64,000 nucleotides of DNA, from assembly GCA_036782775.1 (NCBI GenBank), contig DAIPYJ010000011.1, forward strand, positions 1,317 to 65,316. The letters run 5' to 3'. This DNA comes from Candidatus Dormiibacterota bacterium (lineage in GTDB: Bacteria > Chloroflexota > Dormibacteria > CF-121). Position 1 is the first letter of the stretch. The number at the start of each line of letters is the position of its first letter. The notes beneath the pieces were generated by a model. The model was given only the letters and a program-made list of their open reading frames with translations. It made no database searches and was not told the origin of the DNA. The position numbers and the translations under genes were made by a program. Below are positions 1 to 9,940 of the stretch, piece by piece.

Positions 1-3000
1 CAAAGACCAACGTCGCGGTGATCGTTCCGCGTCCGAAGATGGGGTTCCCGTGGGTATCGAGCTGTTTATTCGTGTTTCCAGAAGTCAGGGTGATCGACGC
101 CCAGGCAGCCTTAGAGTTGAGGGCCGTGGGCGCCTGCTGGGGAAGGTCCTCGTTGTGTTGAACAGTGGCTGGTGGGCCGTCGGTGCCCCACCAGACCCGG
201 GCAGTGCTGGCGGAGCCGGGCAACGCAGTCAGGTTTTGAGCCGGGGAGCCATTACTGAAGACATCGCTGTCTGAAATCGTCGTCAGTGAGGTCCCGCTGG
301 CCGGATCCACCAAAATTCCTCCGCCGCCGTTGTTACGAATCGCGGAGCAACTGACGACGGCGTTTCCGGTTCCCGTCGCGTGAAGGGCATACCCCGTCGC
401 GCTACCGCTGTTGGTCAGAAGCGCACCCGTGACGTCCAACTCGCCACTGGCGATGGTGAGCCCGGTCGTCGCGTACTGAACGCCTCCCCCGGTGAATCTG
501 CTGGTCGTCCCGGTCGGATCGACGTCGATCCCGCTCCAATAGTCCGAGCTCGAGAGACTGCATGGACTTGCTACGAAAACACTGGGGCAGGCCGCCATGC
601 CGAGGCTGCCGTCCTTCATGCTCGTAAACGTCGTTCCACTCGTGGTCAGCTTGCCGTTGACCTTAATGGCACCGGTCAAGATCTTTGCTACGCCCGGTCC
701 CGACACAAAGTCTCCGTTTACGGTGAGCCCTCCGTCGAGCATGTATCCAAGCGCGCCGGTGATTTGCGGGATTACGAAGCTAAACGGATCGGTCCCGACC
801 GTGTTTGCAATTCCGTCGAAGACCATGGCGTTGAGTCCATTGCCCGTTCCGCTATTGCCGCTAATCGCGTGCTTGAACTCGCCTGTCACGTGGTTGAGGA
901 AGATAGCCGGATAGGTTCCGCCGCTGTTGCTCACGGCGTTGTTTTGAAGGGTCAGGCTATCCGCGCCCGTGAGGCGGATTCCGTAGGTGCCAGCGCCATC
1001 GATCGTGTTGTTACTGATGATCGTTGTTTGGCCACCGAGACCACTCGCCACGATGCCATCCTTCGACACGTTCTTTATGGTTGCCCACTCGACATCGAGG
1101 CTGTCGCTGCAACTGCCGGCGCAGGCAGGTCCGCCCAAAAACGTGGCGATGATCCCATGGGAACCGAGGCGCTCCAGGTCCGTTGGGCCCGTTGCGGTCG
1201 GCGGCGTCGTCGTCGTATTCACCGCCATCGGCGCAACTTGAAGCGCTGTGTCCTGGGCGCTGATTCCGTCGCCGGTCGCATCGGTGATCGTCGTGCCCTT
1301 CACCACCAAACCGAATCCGCTCGATCCAAATTGGGCGGTCGGGCCGCTGTCGATCGCAACGCCATTTACCGCATCCGTGATCTTGCCATTGGTGATATTC
1401 GCCGACCCGGGCTTACCCAGCCCGTCGTTAGTAACGACCAGGCCGCCCCAATCACCGGGTTGGACGCTGGTTGACGAGCAGAGGCCGGTGAAAACTGAAG
1501 GACATGTCACGGGATACGCCGATGTGTCTTTGAGGCTGGTGAACAACTTTGTCCCAGCCGAGGCATCACTGGCATCCAGGACCCCACCACGAATAGTGAT
1601 GGGACCGCCCAAGGATTTAACGATGTCGCCGGCGTGGATCTTGAGCGTTCCATCGTTCACGCGGACGGCTCCGTTCAGTAGGTAGCCCAAACGGTGGGTG
1701 GTCGCATTCACGGTCGGCGTCAGCCAGTTCAGGTCGCTATTGACGTCGCCGTGAAATGCAAGGACATCCATGCCGTTGTTCGAGCCAACATTTCCGCGCA
1801 CATTGTTGGCGAAGTCCGCCGAGACGCCGTCGAGGTAAATCGCGGGATACGGCGCTGCGGTCGCCGCAGTGCAACCAGTTACGGCACCAAGGCCGCTACA
1901 ACTGACGTTGTTGTTGCGGAGAACCAGGGCATTCGCGTCGACGAGGCGGATGCCAAAGGTTGCCGCATCTTGCACGTGGTTGTCGGTGATCCAGACCGGC
2001 TGTCCAGCGAGCGCCTGGCCGAGGATCGCTTCGGCGCTCGTGGACATGAACCGGTTGCCGCTGAGACGCAAATATGCGGTGACGCCGCTCCCAACTACGT
2101 TCGCATTGATGCCGTTAACAGCGCCGGTAATTGTCGAGTCGGTCACGGACAATGACGTGTTCAGCGCGTCGACCGCGTCGCCGAGGCTCGAGCTGATCGA
2201 GCTCCGAGCCACGACTAAGGCGAAGCTCGAGGACGTCGGACTGTGCGCGGTGCTCCCAGTGATCGAAATGCCCGTCCCGGCATACCGCACGGCGGCGTTG
2301 ATCAGCGCTCCATTCGCCGCCGCTCCACTGAGGTTGATCCCTCCCCAATCGCCGGGATTCGCAGCCTTGCAGCCGGGTAATAGCTGAGAGGGACAGGCGG
2401 CAACCCCGGCAGCGTTATCGGCGAGACTCGTGAAGATCTTTTGCGCGCTGGTGCCGGTGTTGTCGGCGCGCATGGTGACGCCCTGAAGCAGGAGCGTTCC
2501 GCCGTTGCCCACCTTGACGACGTCGCCGGCATTGACCGTGAGGGTCGTACCCGATGTCGGCATCGACAGGGAGTTATCGAGCAGATAGCCGAGCGGGCGG
2601 GTCGGATCACTCGTCTTGCGAGCGGTAAGCCAGGCCAGGTCGCCTGTCACGGTGCCATGGAAAACGAGGGCGTCGAGGCCGTTCCCTGCACCCGTATTTC
2701 CGGTGATGTTGCTTGAAAAGTCGCCGTCATAGCCGTTGAGGTAAATCGCCGCAAAGCCTGTTGCGGCGTTCGTCACAACGTTGTTCTTTAACGTCAAGTG
2801 GTCGGGACCGACCAGGTCGATCCCATAGCCACCCGAATGGTCGACCACCACGCTTTTGATGGTCGTCGACTGGCCCGCGAGGCTGAGACCGACGATGCCG
2901 TCCGAGCCGCTCCGTGAAATGGATGCGTTTTCGATGTCAAGGCTCCGGCCGGTCACAACACCGCCGGCCGTTAAGTCGACGTTGATGGCTGAACCACCAT

Positions 3001-5728
3001 TGTTCGTGAACGACCCGCCGCTGATGGACACTGCAGACAAGCTGTGCACGCCGTCGGAAACGGTGTTGCGGATGTTCGTGTTGGTAAGTCTCAGGTTGTC
3101 CGCTCCTAAGGCGGTCCCTGGATTGCCCATCGAAATCCCGGTGGTCGCGTAGCGAATCTCGCCCCCGATCAGGCTGTTCGATTGGTTCGCCGCCGGCACC
3201 AATCCGCCCCAGTCCCCGGCAGCCGGTGCCTGGCAAGCGCCCGACGCCTTCGGCACGAAGACCGTGCCACAAGTGGGCAGCCGACTATGTTCTTTGAAGC
3301 TGGTGAAGGTCGCATTGACCCCGGTTACTGGACCCCCCTTGACGGTTATTTTTCCGTTGTTCAAAACCGGCACGTAATCGCCGCTCGGGTCGGTAGTGTT
3401 CAACGTCAGGCCGCCGTTGACGGTCAGGTCGCCGTCCAGCATGTACCCGAGCGGGTTGGCACTGGTCGCGCTGGCGAGCCCAACGGTTTGCCAGGTCAGG
3501 GCCGTCGACGTCGCGCCATGGAAGACGATGGCATTGAGTCCATTGCCCGTTCCGGTGTTGCCACTGATGAGGCTGCCGAAATCGGCATTCGAGACACCAT
3601 TGAGGTAAATCGCCGAATGCGTCGGTGACGCCACGCCGCTATTGCTGATTGCGTTGTTCTGCAGCGTTAAATGATCGGCCCCCTGAAGGTTGATGCCGAA
3701 ACTCCCGGCGTTCCTGATTGTGTTGGTCTCGATATCAACCGGCTGGCCGGCCAGCCCTGTACCGACGATGGCTTCGTCGACGCTGCCCTGGAAGGTGTCA
3801 GCGGTGACGGTCAGCGCGCCAAGTAGAGTCCCGCCGGCAGTCGTGTAATCCGCATTGATGCCTTGGTGCCCGATCGCCGGCGCACTACAAATGCCAGCCG
3901 CGCATCCAAAGGTGGTTGCGGAAACAGTGACCGGCGTGTTGACGGCGGTGACGCCATCGGCAAAGGTCGGACCGATCGTGCTCGACGCGATGGAGACGGC
4001 GTGCGCGCCCTGGGCCGAGACTCCGGTCGTCGGGTAGAGAACCGTCGCATTATTGATCCGCACCGCCGCGGTATTGGGGGTGGTCGCTGTCGGCGGGCCG
4101 ACGACATCGATTCCGGACCACTCACCCGCGGGCAGCGGATTCGGACAGCTCTGGACGAAGACCGTTGGGCAGCTCGCGATGTTGGCGTTGTCTCGCAGGC
4201 TGGTGAAGACCTTGGCTCCAGAATCACTGGCATCAAGGGTTGCGTTGTTGAGCGTGATCGACCCATCCTTCACCTTGACGAAGCTGCCGCCGGGCACGTT
4301 GAATGTCCCGCCGTTCATGGTCATGCCGCCGTTGATCAGATAGCCAAGCGGACGTGTGGCGTTTTGGGCGTTTGTGGCGTTCTTCCAGGTAAAGGTCGAC
4401 GATGTCACCGTGCCGTTGAAGACGATGGCGTCGAGCCCATTCTCGCCGCCGGTGTTTCCGGTGACCCGGTTCTCGAGGTCGACCGTTGCCCCATTGAGGT
4501 AGATCGCTGAGTACTTGAGCCCACCACCGCTGCAGGGAGTCACCGATGGTTTCGGTGTGCCCGATCCATTGCAGTCGAAAAGGTTGGTCGCGATCAGCGG
4601 ATCATTGACGCCGTTCAGTTCGATTCCAAAAGAGCCGGCACGATAAAAGCGATTGTTCTTCAGGGTGAAGGGTACCGATGGCGACCCGGCAAAACTGGCC
4701 TGGATCGCGTCATTGCCGATCGTCCCGGCGGCGCATGGGCTCAAAGGCAGGCATGTGGTGTCGCCGAACGGCACCGAACTGCCAAATGCTGTTGCTTCGA
4801 TATCGACGCCGGCCGAACCCGCCGGCGCTGCCCCGTCATAGGTGAGCTTGATGCCTTGCGATCCGATATTGTTCACGGTTCCAAACAGGCCATCGGCTAG
4901 CGGTGGAGAGTTGGCGGTGTTCTTCTCACCGATAAACGAGGCCGGGGTGTCAGTGACGTCGATCCCGTCGAAATAGGAGGGTCCGATCGCACTCTTGTAA
5001 AGCGCAAGCCCGTACGGAATAAGAGCCGGATTTCCGCTTGCGTCGAGCCGGCCACTCGGATCAATCGTCGATGTAGCCCCGCTCGTAATCGTGATGGAGG
5101 TCAGAGCATGACCGATGCTGGTGTAACCGAGCGAGGCGTTGCCGCGGTTAGCCGCGTCACTGGCAACGATCTGCAATCCGTCCCAGGACGCGACATCAGG
5201 CTCGGCGTCGAAGCTGACGAAGTTTTGTGACCCGGTACCGACCGTCCGGATGCTGCCGCCGTAGACGGTGATGCCGGCCCCGTGGGAGAAGATCTGGACT
5301 GGCCCGAGGCTCGCATCAATGACTAGCGTGGAGCCCGGATTCACCACCACCCCTGGGGTTGGCGTGGTGGCCGCCTGGCCCGGAAGCGGAAATGAGGGAC
5401 ATGCAGACGAAGGCTGGATCGGATCGTTCGTCGTGTTGAGCGGCAGAATGTAGGGGCTGTGCGCCGCCGTCCAGGTCGTCGTGGTTCCGCCGGCCGTATC
5501 TGGCTTCAGCGCCCCGCAGGATATGATCGTCGGCCCATCGCTGGCGACGGCCAACGCCCGCTGATGGAGCTGGACCGGACCTTGCTGCGTCGCGCCGCGT
5601 GCCGTCAGCAGCACGAGGGCCAGCACGGCGAAGCCGAGCTTCCAGCCATGCCGAAGCAGGAGATTCGTAGACGGACCCGACAATCGTGGTCGGTTACCTA
5701 GGTCGAGCCTCACTCCCTCCCTCGGCAT
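1..5728 (-). CDS. Giant secreted parallel beta-helix repeat protein (>1900 aa, runs off left edge; absent from ORF track)
   Basis: Manual translation from ATG 5728 (or GTG 5713): hydrophobic N-terminal segment (WKLGFAVLALVLLTARG), then Gly/Asn/Thr/Ser-rich beta-helix-like sequence with five ~300-aa modules. The frame still reads as protein at bases 2-70, and the ORF track lists no stop-bounded ORF in this frame, consistent with no stop in the window. Confidence 0.88.
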   Translation of the reverse strand, partial: MPREGVRLDLGNRPRLSGPSTNLLLRHGWKLGFAVLALVLLTARGATQQGPVQLHQRALAVASDGPTIISCGALKPDTAGGTTTTWTAAHSPYILPLNTTNDPIQPSSACPSFPLPGQAATTPTPGVVVNPGSTLVIDASLGPVQIFSHGAGITVYGGSIRTVGTGSQNFVSFDAEPDVASWDGLQIVASDAANRGNASLGYTSIGHALTSITITSGATSTIDPSGRLDASGNPALIPYGLALYKSAIGPSYFDGIDVTDTPASFIGEKNTANSPPLADGLFGTVNNIGSQGIKLTYDGAAPAGSAGVDIEATAFGSSVPFGDTTCLPLSPCAAGTIGNDAIQASFAGSPSVPFTLKNNRFYRAGSFGIELNGVNDPLIATNLFDCNGSGTPKPSVTPCSGGGLKYSAIYLNGATVDLENRVTGNTGGENGLDAIVFNGTVTSSTFTWKNATNAQNATRPLGYLINGGMTMNGGTFNVPGGSFVKVKDGSITLNNATLDASDSGAKVFTSLRDNANIASCPTVFVQSCPNPLPAGEWSGIDVVGPPTATTPNTAAVRINNATVLYPTTGVSAQGAHAVSIASSTIGPTFADGVTAVNTPVTVSATTFGCAAGICSAPAIGHQGINADYTTAGGTLLGALTVTADTFQGSVDEAIVGTGLAGQPVDIETNTIRNAGSFGINLQGADHLTLQNNAISNSGVASPTHSAIYLNGVSNADFGSLISGNTGTGNGLNAIVFHGATSTALTWQTVGLASATSANPLGYMLDGDLTVNGGLTLNTTDPSGDYVPVLNNGKITVKGGPVTGVNATFTSFKEHSRLPTCGTVFVPKASGACQAPAAGDWGGLVPAANQSNSLIGGEIRYATTGISMGNPGTALGADNLRLTNTNIRNTVSDGVHSLSAVSISGGSFTNNGGSAINVDLTAGGVVTGRSLDIENASISRSGSDGIVGLSLAGQSTTIKSVVVDHSGGYGIDLVGPDHLTLKNNVVTNAATGFAAIYLNGYDGDFSSNITGNTGAGNGLDALVFHGTVTGDLAWLTARKTSDPTRPLGYLLDNSLSMPTSGTTLTVNAGDVVKVGNGGTLLLQGVTMRADNTGTSAQKIFTSLADNAAGVAACPSQLLPGCKAANPGDWGGINLSGAAANGALINAAVRYAGTGISITGSTAHSPTSSSFALVVARSSISSSLGDAVDALNTSLSVTDSTITGAVNGINANVVGSGVTAYLRLSGNRFMSTSAEAILGQALAGQPVWITDNHVQDAATFGIRLVDANALVLRNNNVSCSGLGAVTGCTAATAAPYPAIYLDGVSADFANNVRGNVGSNNGMDVLAFHGDVNSDLNWLTPTVNATTHRLGYLLNGAVRVNDGTLKIHAGDIVKSLGGPITIRGGVLDASDASAGTKLFTSLKDTSAYPVTCPSVFTGLCSSTSVQPGDWGGLVVTNDGLGKPGSANITNGKITDAVNGVAIDSGPTAQFGSSGFGLVVKGTTITDATGDGISAQDTALQVAPMAVNTTTTPPTATGPTDLERLGSHGIIATFLGGPACAGSCSDSLDVEWATIKNVSKDGIVASGLGGQTTIISNNTIDGAGTYGIRLTGADSLTLQNNAVSNSGGTYPAIFLNHVTGEFKHAISGNSGTGNGLNAMVFDGIANTVGTDPFSFVIPQITGALGYMLDGGLTVNGDFVSGPGVAKILTGAIKVNGKLTTSGTTFTSMKDGSLGMAACPSVFVASPCSLSSSDYWSGIDVDPTGTTSRFTGGGVQYATTGLTIASGELDVTGALLTNSGSATGYALHATGTGNAVVSCSAIRNNGGGGILVDPASGTSLTTISDSDVFSNGSPAQNLTALPGSASTARVWWGTDGPPATVQHNEDLPQQAPTALNSKAAWASITLTSGNTNKQLDTHGNPIFGRGTITATLVF

Positions 5729-5773
5729 GCAGAACTAGACCGTGTCGGTCATTTGGATTCAGCGGCGAGAGCG

Positions 5774-5802
5774 ACGTTAGGCGGCTAGATTTTCACCGTC
5801 AA
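5774..5802 (-). promoter_or_regulatory. Sigma-70-type promoter of the giant protein gene
   Basis: Minus strand TTGACG-17 nt-TAACGT, about 45 nt upstream of ATG 5728. Confidence 0.6.
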
Positions 5803-5913
5803 GCAAATTGCGCGAAACTCACAGCCATCTGCCCAATCGGGCGCGGCGGTTTGCCCATTCGATTGATAGGCCGCCGGCGCCTTCCGGACAGCTGCTAACG
5901 CCGCTATCAGGAG

Positions 5914-8034
5914 CTAGGCAGCGGCGCCGACCGATCCAATCGACCTCAGGGCGGCCACCACCAGGTCCTGTGCGGTCAGGGCGTCGCCATGGTATTCAGC
6001 CGCCCCCCAGTGAATCGAGATCCGCTCGGATTGGAGGGCGGTCTCGACTCGCCGGGCGAGGGTCGCCGCCTGGGCCGCGTCGATGCCAGGCGCCAGGATG
6101 GCAAAGTTGTCGCCGATCCAGCGAGAAGCCAGATCGTCGCCTCGGATGGAGCCACGGATCGCCTTTGCGATCCGTTTGAGCACCGCATCGCCCGCGCGGT
6201 GCCCATAGGCCGAGTTGGTTTCCCGCAGGTTGATGACATCGAACATCAGCAAGGTCCCCCATGACTGCGGCCGGAGCAGGTGCTTGTTGACGGCGTCCTC
6301 GAACGCGTCGCGGTTCATCAGGCCGGTGAGCGCGTCGACGCTGGCGGCGTGCGCCAGGCGGTCGATCAATCGGGCGTTGGCCATGGCGACCGCCGCCTGG
6401 TTGCCGAGGATCGTCAGCAAGCGCAGCTGATCGAGTGAGAACTGGTTCAGGCCCAGCTTCAGCACCACAATGACGGCCAGCACCTCGTCCTCGAAGACAA
6501 CCGGCACGGCAAGCATCGACTCATCGATGACATCCGTACCGGCGACGTGGGTGGCCTTGGGATGCCGTTCCGTATCGCCGAGCACGACGCCGCGCCGCGA
6601 CTCGGCGACCCAGCCGGCGATGCCTTGACCGAGCTCGACCGAAGCATTGTCGGCGGTCACGGCCTGATACTCCGCACGCTCATTTCCTCCCAGATAGACG
6701 ATGTCGAGCCGGCTGCGATCCTCGCTCATCAAGAGCACCCGGCACTGGTCGCGGGGGATGAGCGAGGCGATCGTCTCGCCGATCAGATTGCAGATGTCCT
6801 CGGTGCTGGTCGTACGCGCGAGCTGCTGCCCGAGTCCCTCGATCGTCTGCATGTGTTGCGCCCATGACCGTGGTCCGGTCACCGGCGCCGGCTGACCGGA
6901 CGCCTGCGCGGGGGCGCTGACATGCGGTGGCGCTTCGGCGATGACGTCCAACATGACATCGACCACGCGCGGGTCGAACTGCCCGCCGCGGCCTTTACGA
7001 AACTCCGACACGATCTCCTCAGGCGGCAGCGCCTGGCGGTAGGCGCGGTCCGAGGCCATTGCATGGAACGAATCGCAGGCATGGATGATTCGGGCCTCGA
7101 TCGGGATCTCCTCCCCTTTCAGCCCATCGGGATAGCCGGTCCCGTTCCACCGTTCGTGCTCGGCGCGCACGATCGGACCGAGCGGCGCGAGGAACGGAAC
7201 CGAGGCGAGGATGCGCTCGCCGATCACGGGGTGCTCGCGCATGATGGCAAACTCTTCGGGCGTCAGTGGTCCCGGCTTTTGCAGGATGTAGCCGGGGATG
7301 CCGATCTTGCCGATGTCGTGCAGCAGCGCTCCATACTCGAGCAGGCGCAGCTGCTCCCCCACCAGGCCAAGGCGCTTGCCGACCGTGACAGCGAGCTCGG
7401 CTGTTTCGCGTGAATGCTCCTCGGTGTAGCGGTCCTTGGCGTCCAGCGCGGCGGCCAGCGCGCCGATGGTCGCAACGTAGCTCTCTTCCTGCTCCTTGTT
7501 CCGCCGTTCGTACTCACGCAGCAGCGCCGCCCGCACCTGCGCCGGAATGTAGGCCGAGAGAATCGTCGCGCCGGTCAGCACCACGACCGTGCGCAGGTAG
7601 GCATCGTCCCAGCCCTGCAGCAGCAGCGGCAGGGCGGCGGTGAGGGCGGTGAGCAGCGCGATCGCCAGCCCGGTCCGAAAGCCGTACGCCGCGGCCATGA
7701 ACACCGCCGGCGGGATGAACATCGGCAGGACCTGGGAGTGGATGCCGCCGGTCGACATCAGCATGAAGCCCAGCAGGGCCAGCCCGGGGAGAACGATGAC
7801 GACCAGGAACCGCTCGACCGGCAGGCGGTGCCAGGGGAAGAACCAGGTCCCGATCGCCCCCACATAAGAAAGGATGGCGACCATCGCGATCGGCATGAAG
7901 TTCAACTTCGGGCCGCCGATCAGGCTGCTGCCGGCATTGACGGTGGCCGCGACGAGGAACGCGATCGCGGCAATCCGGAACATCGCCTGGTGAAAATCGA
8001 CCGGTAGGCGCTCCTTTTGAGCCATCGGCGCCAA
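5914..8034 (-). CDS. Membrane-anchored HD-GYP + GAF + degenerate GGDEF protein (probable cyclic-dinucleotide phosphodiesterase)
   Basis: About 5-6 N-terminal TM segments; LLHDIGKIG and HERWNGTGYP motifs; GAF region; the GGDEF position reads WIGDNF. Confidence 0.88.
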   Translation of the reverse strand: MAPMAQKERLPVDFHQAMFRIAAIAFLVAATVNAGSSLIGGPKLNFMPIAMVAILSYVGAIGTWFFPWHRLPVERFLVVIVLPGLALLGFMLMSTGGIHSQVLPMFIPPAVFMAAAYGFRTGLAIALLTALTAALPLLLQGWDDAYLRTVVVLTGATILSAYIPAQVRAALLREYERRNKEQEESYVATIGALAAALDAKDRYTEEHSRETAELAVTVGKRLGLVGEQLRLLEYGALLHDIGKIGIPGYILQKPGPLTPEEFAIMREHPVIGERILASVPFLAPLGPIVRAEHERWNGTGYPDGLKGEEIPIEARIIHACDSFHAMASDRAYRQALPPEEIVSEFRKGRGGQFDPRVVDVMLDVIAEAPPHVSAPAQASGQPAPVTGPRSWAQHMQTIEGLGQQLARTTSTEDICNLIGETIASLIPRDQCRVLLMSEDRSRLDIVYLGGNERAEYQAVTADNASVELGQGIAGWVAESRRGVVLGDTERHPKATHVAGTDVIDESMLAVPVVFEDEVLAVIVVLKLGLNQFSLDQLRLLTILGNQAAVAMANARLIDRLAHAASVDALTGLMNRDAFEDAVNKHLLRPQSWGTLLMFDVINLRETNSAYGHRAGDAVLKRIAKAIRGSIRGDDLASRWIGDNFAILAPGIDAAQAATLARRVETALQSERISIHWGAAEYHGDALTAQDLVVAALRSIGSVGAAA

Positions 8035-8074
8035 TACAACGCGTGTTCAGGGCCCTTCCAGCGACAATGGCCTG

Positions 8075-9397
8075 ATGCCAGCGGCCGGCCGGGTCAACGG
8101 ACAGGGCGCCGAACCGCCAATTCGGATCGACTCCCGGGAGGAGCTTGTCTACCTCCTCGGTGAGGCCTCCGAGCTCGAACACGGCCTCCTCTGCGAATAC
8201 CTCTATGCCCAGTTTTCGCTCAAACGCGGGGTTGACGAGGGTATCAGCCAGCTCGAGCTGGACCGCATCCTGGCCTGGGAGACGACCCTGATCGACATCA
8301 TCAAGCAGGAGATGCTGCACCTGGCGCTGGCCACCAACCTACTGACCGCGGTCGGCGCCGCGCCCCACTTCGAGCGGCCGAATTTCCCGATCCTCTCGCG
8401 CTGGTACCCGGCGGACGTCCAGATCGCGCTCGTTCCTTTGGGCGAGCGGGCTTTGCGGCACTTCATGTACCTCGAGCGCCCCGAGGGCATGACCCTGGAG
8501 GACGCCGAGGGCTTCAGCCATGTCGGCGGCATGGAGCCGATCCGCGTCGACGATCCGCAGCTGACGCCCGGGCCGGAGGAATGGCACACCGTCGGCCACC
8601 TCTACCGCGGCATCGAGGCCGGCCTCGCCCGCCTCGTCGACCGCTACGGAGAGGAGAGTGTGTTCATCGGACCTGCGCACGCGCAGGCGACGACCGACAT
8701 CTTCGAGTGGCCGCAGCTAACCGCCGTCACCAACCTCGCCTCCGCCAGTCAGGCAATCGAGCTGATCGTGGAACAAGGCGAGGGCGCACGGGGCGACTGG
8801 GTGAACTCGCATTTTGGTCGCTTCGTCGGGGTCCTCGAGGACTTCCTCGGTCTGCGACGCGCAAACCCAGGCTTCGATCCGGCGCGGCCCGTGATCCCGG
8901 TCTATGTGCACGAACCTCCAGACGTCGAGGACGCCGCGCTGATCGAGGATCCGCTGACCCGGCGGGTCGGCGACCTGTTCAGCGCTATTTACGAAGTGAT
9001 CCTGCAGCTCCAGGCTCGCTACTTTGTCCATCACGGCGAGACGGGCACCGAGGTAGACACCCTCGCGAAAACGGTCAAGCACCTGATGAACTGGGTGATG
9101 CGGGCGCTGGGGCCGATCCTCACCCGAATGCCGGTCGGCGCCGGCTTTCCCGGGAAGACGGCCGGGCCGGCGTTCGACATCCTGCGGCCCGCCTTCTTCA
9201 TCCTCCCCCACCGCCATGCCGCCTGGACCGTCCTCCATGAGCGGCTGGAATCCCTGGGATCGACCGCCGATGAGCTGGCGAGGGAACCGGGCCTCAGCGA
9301 CCTCAGCGGTATCGCCAGGAACCTGCACGGGTTCGCCGCCGACCTCGACCAGCACTTGCAGGAACGGCGCAAGGCGGAGGCCACGGCAGCCCGCTGA
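8075..9397 (+). CDS. Ferritin-like domain protein (VioB C-terminal / PF12902-like)
   Basis: ELEHGLLCEYLYA, EMLHLALATNLL and ELIVEQGEG: ExxH-type four-helix-bundle motifs. Confidence 0.75.
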   Translation: MPAAGRVNGQGAEPPIRIDSREELVYLLGEASELEHGLLCEYLYAQFSLKRGVDEGISQLELDRILAWETTLIDIIKQEMLHLALATNLLTAVGAAPHFERPNFPILSRWYPADVQIALVPLGERALRHFMYLERPEGMTLEDAEGFSHVGGMEPIRVDDPQLTPGPEEWHTVGHLYRGIEAGLARLVDRYGEESVFIGPAHAQATTDIFEWPQLTAVTNLASASQAIELIVEQGEGARGDWVNSHFGRFVGVLEDFLGLRRANPGFDPARPVIPVYVHEPPDVEDAALIEDPLTRRVGDLFSAIYEVILQLQARYFVHHGETGTEVDTLAKTVKHLMNWVMRALGPILTRMPVGAGFPGKTAGPAFDILRPAFFILPHRHAAWTVLHERLESLGSTADELAREPGLSDLSGIARNLHGFAADLDQHLQERRKAEATAAR

Positions 9398-9410
9398 TCG
9401 GATGCCGGCG

Positions 9411-9938
9411 CTACTGCCCGATCGCGCCGTCGGTCAGCTCGCGCAGGATGTCGGCGTGCCCGGCGTGGCGGGCCGTCTCTTCGATCATGTGGACCATGAT
9501 CCAGCGAAGGTTGACCGGACCTCGTCCCGGCGGCGTACTGGCGGCCATGTCATCCAGTGAGGCGCCGGCAACGATCTCGCGTGAAATCGCGCACTCCTGC
9601 TCGTAGAGCCGGCGGACCGCGTCGATGGTGTCGCCTGGACCGATCCGGAAATCGACATCAGGATCGGGGTCGTCTTCAGGCCACGGATATTCCTCCGGAC
9701 GGCCCGCGAACCGGTGCTGAAACCATCCCCGCTCGACATAGGCGAGGTGCTTGACGACGCCGAGCAGCGTCGTCGCGGAGGGCACCAGCCGCTGGGACGC
9801 CTGCTCCGTCGAGACGCCGTCCAGCTTGAAGAGCACGTTATCCCGATAGCGGTCGAGAAAAGCGCTCAACATCGTCTTCTCATCGCCAGACCCCGGCACC
9901 GGCAGCCGCTCGTGCGGAACGACGCGCGCTTCAGCCAC
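9411..9938 (-). CDS. DinB/DUF664 family protein
   Basis: LLGVVKHLAYVE and WIMVHMIEETARHAGHADILRE motifs; GTG start just after the upstream gene's stop. Confidence 0.88.
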   Translation of the reverse strand: MAEARVVPHERLPVPGSGDEKTMLSAFLDRYRDNVLFKLDGVSTEQASQRLVPSATTLLGVVKHLAYVERGWFQHRFAGRPEEYPWPEDDPDPDVDFRIGPGDTIDAVRRLYEQECAISREIVAGASLDDMAASTPPGRGPVNLRWIMVHMIEETARHAGHADILRELTDGAIGQ

Positions 9939-9940
9939 CG

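Noticed and set aside
50-5701. Many plus-strand and short minus-strand ORFs in the track (e.g. 380-1474, 3863-4510)
   Set aside because: They are antisense or out-of-frame shadows of the giant minus-strand gene and have no protein motifs.
5848-5856. GGGCAAACC on the minus strand upstream of the giant gene, reminiscent of a c-di-GMP-I riboswitch
   Set aside because: The remaining riboswitch elements (GAAA tetraloop stem, GACGCAAAG) are missing, and the motif lies upstream of the predicted promoter.
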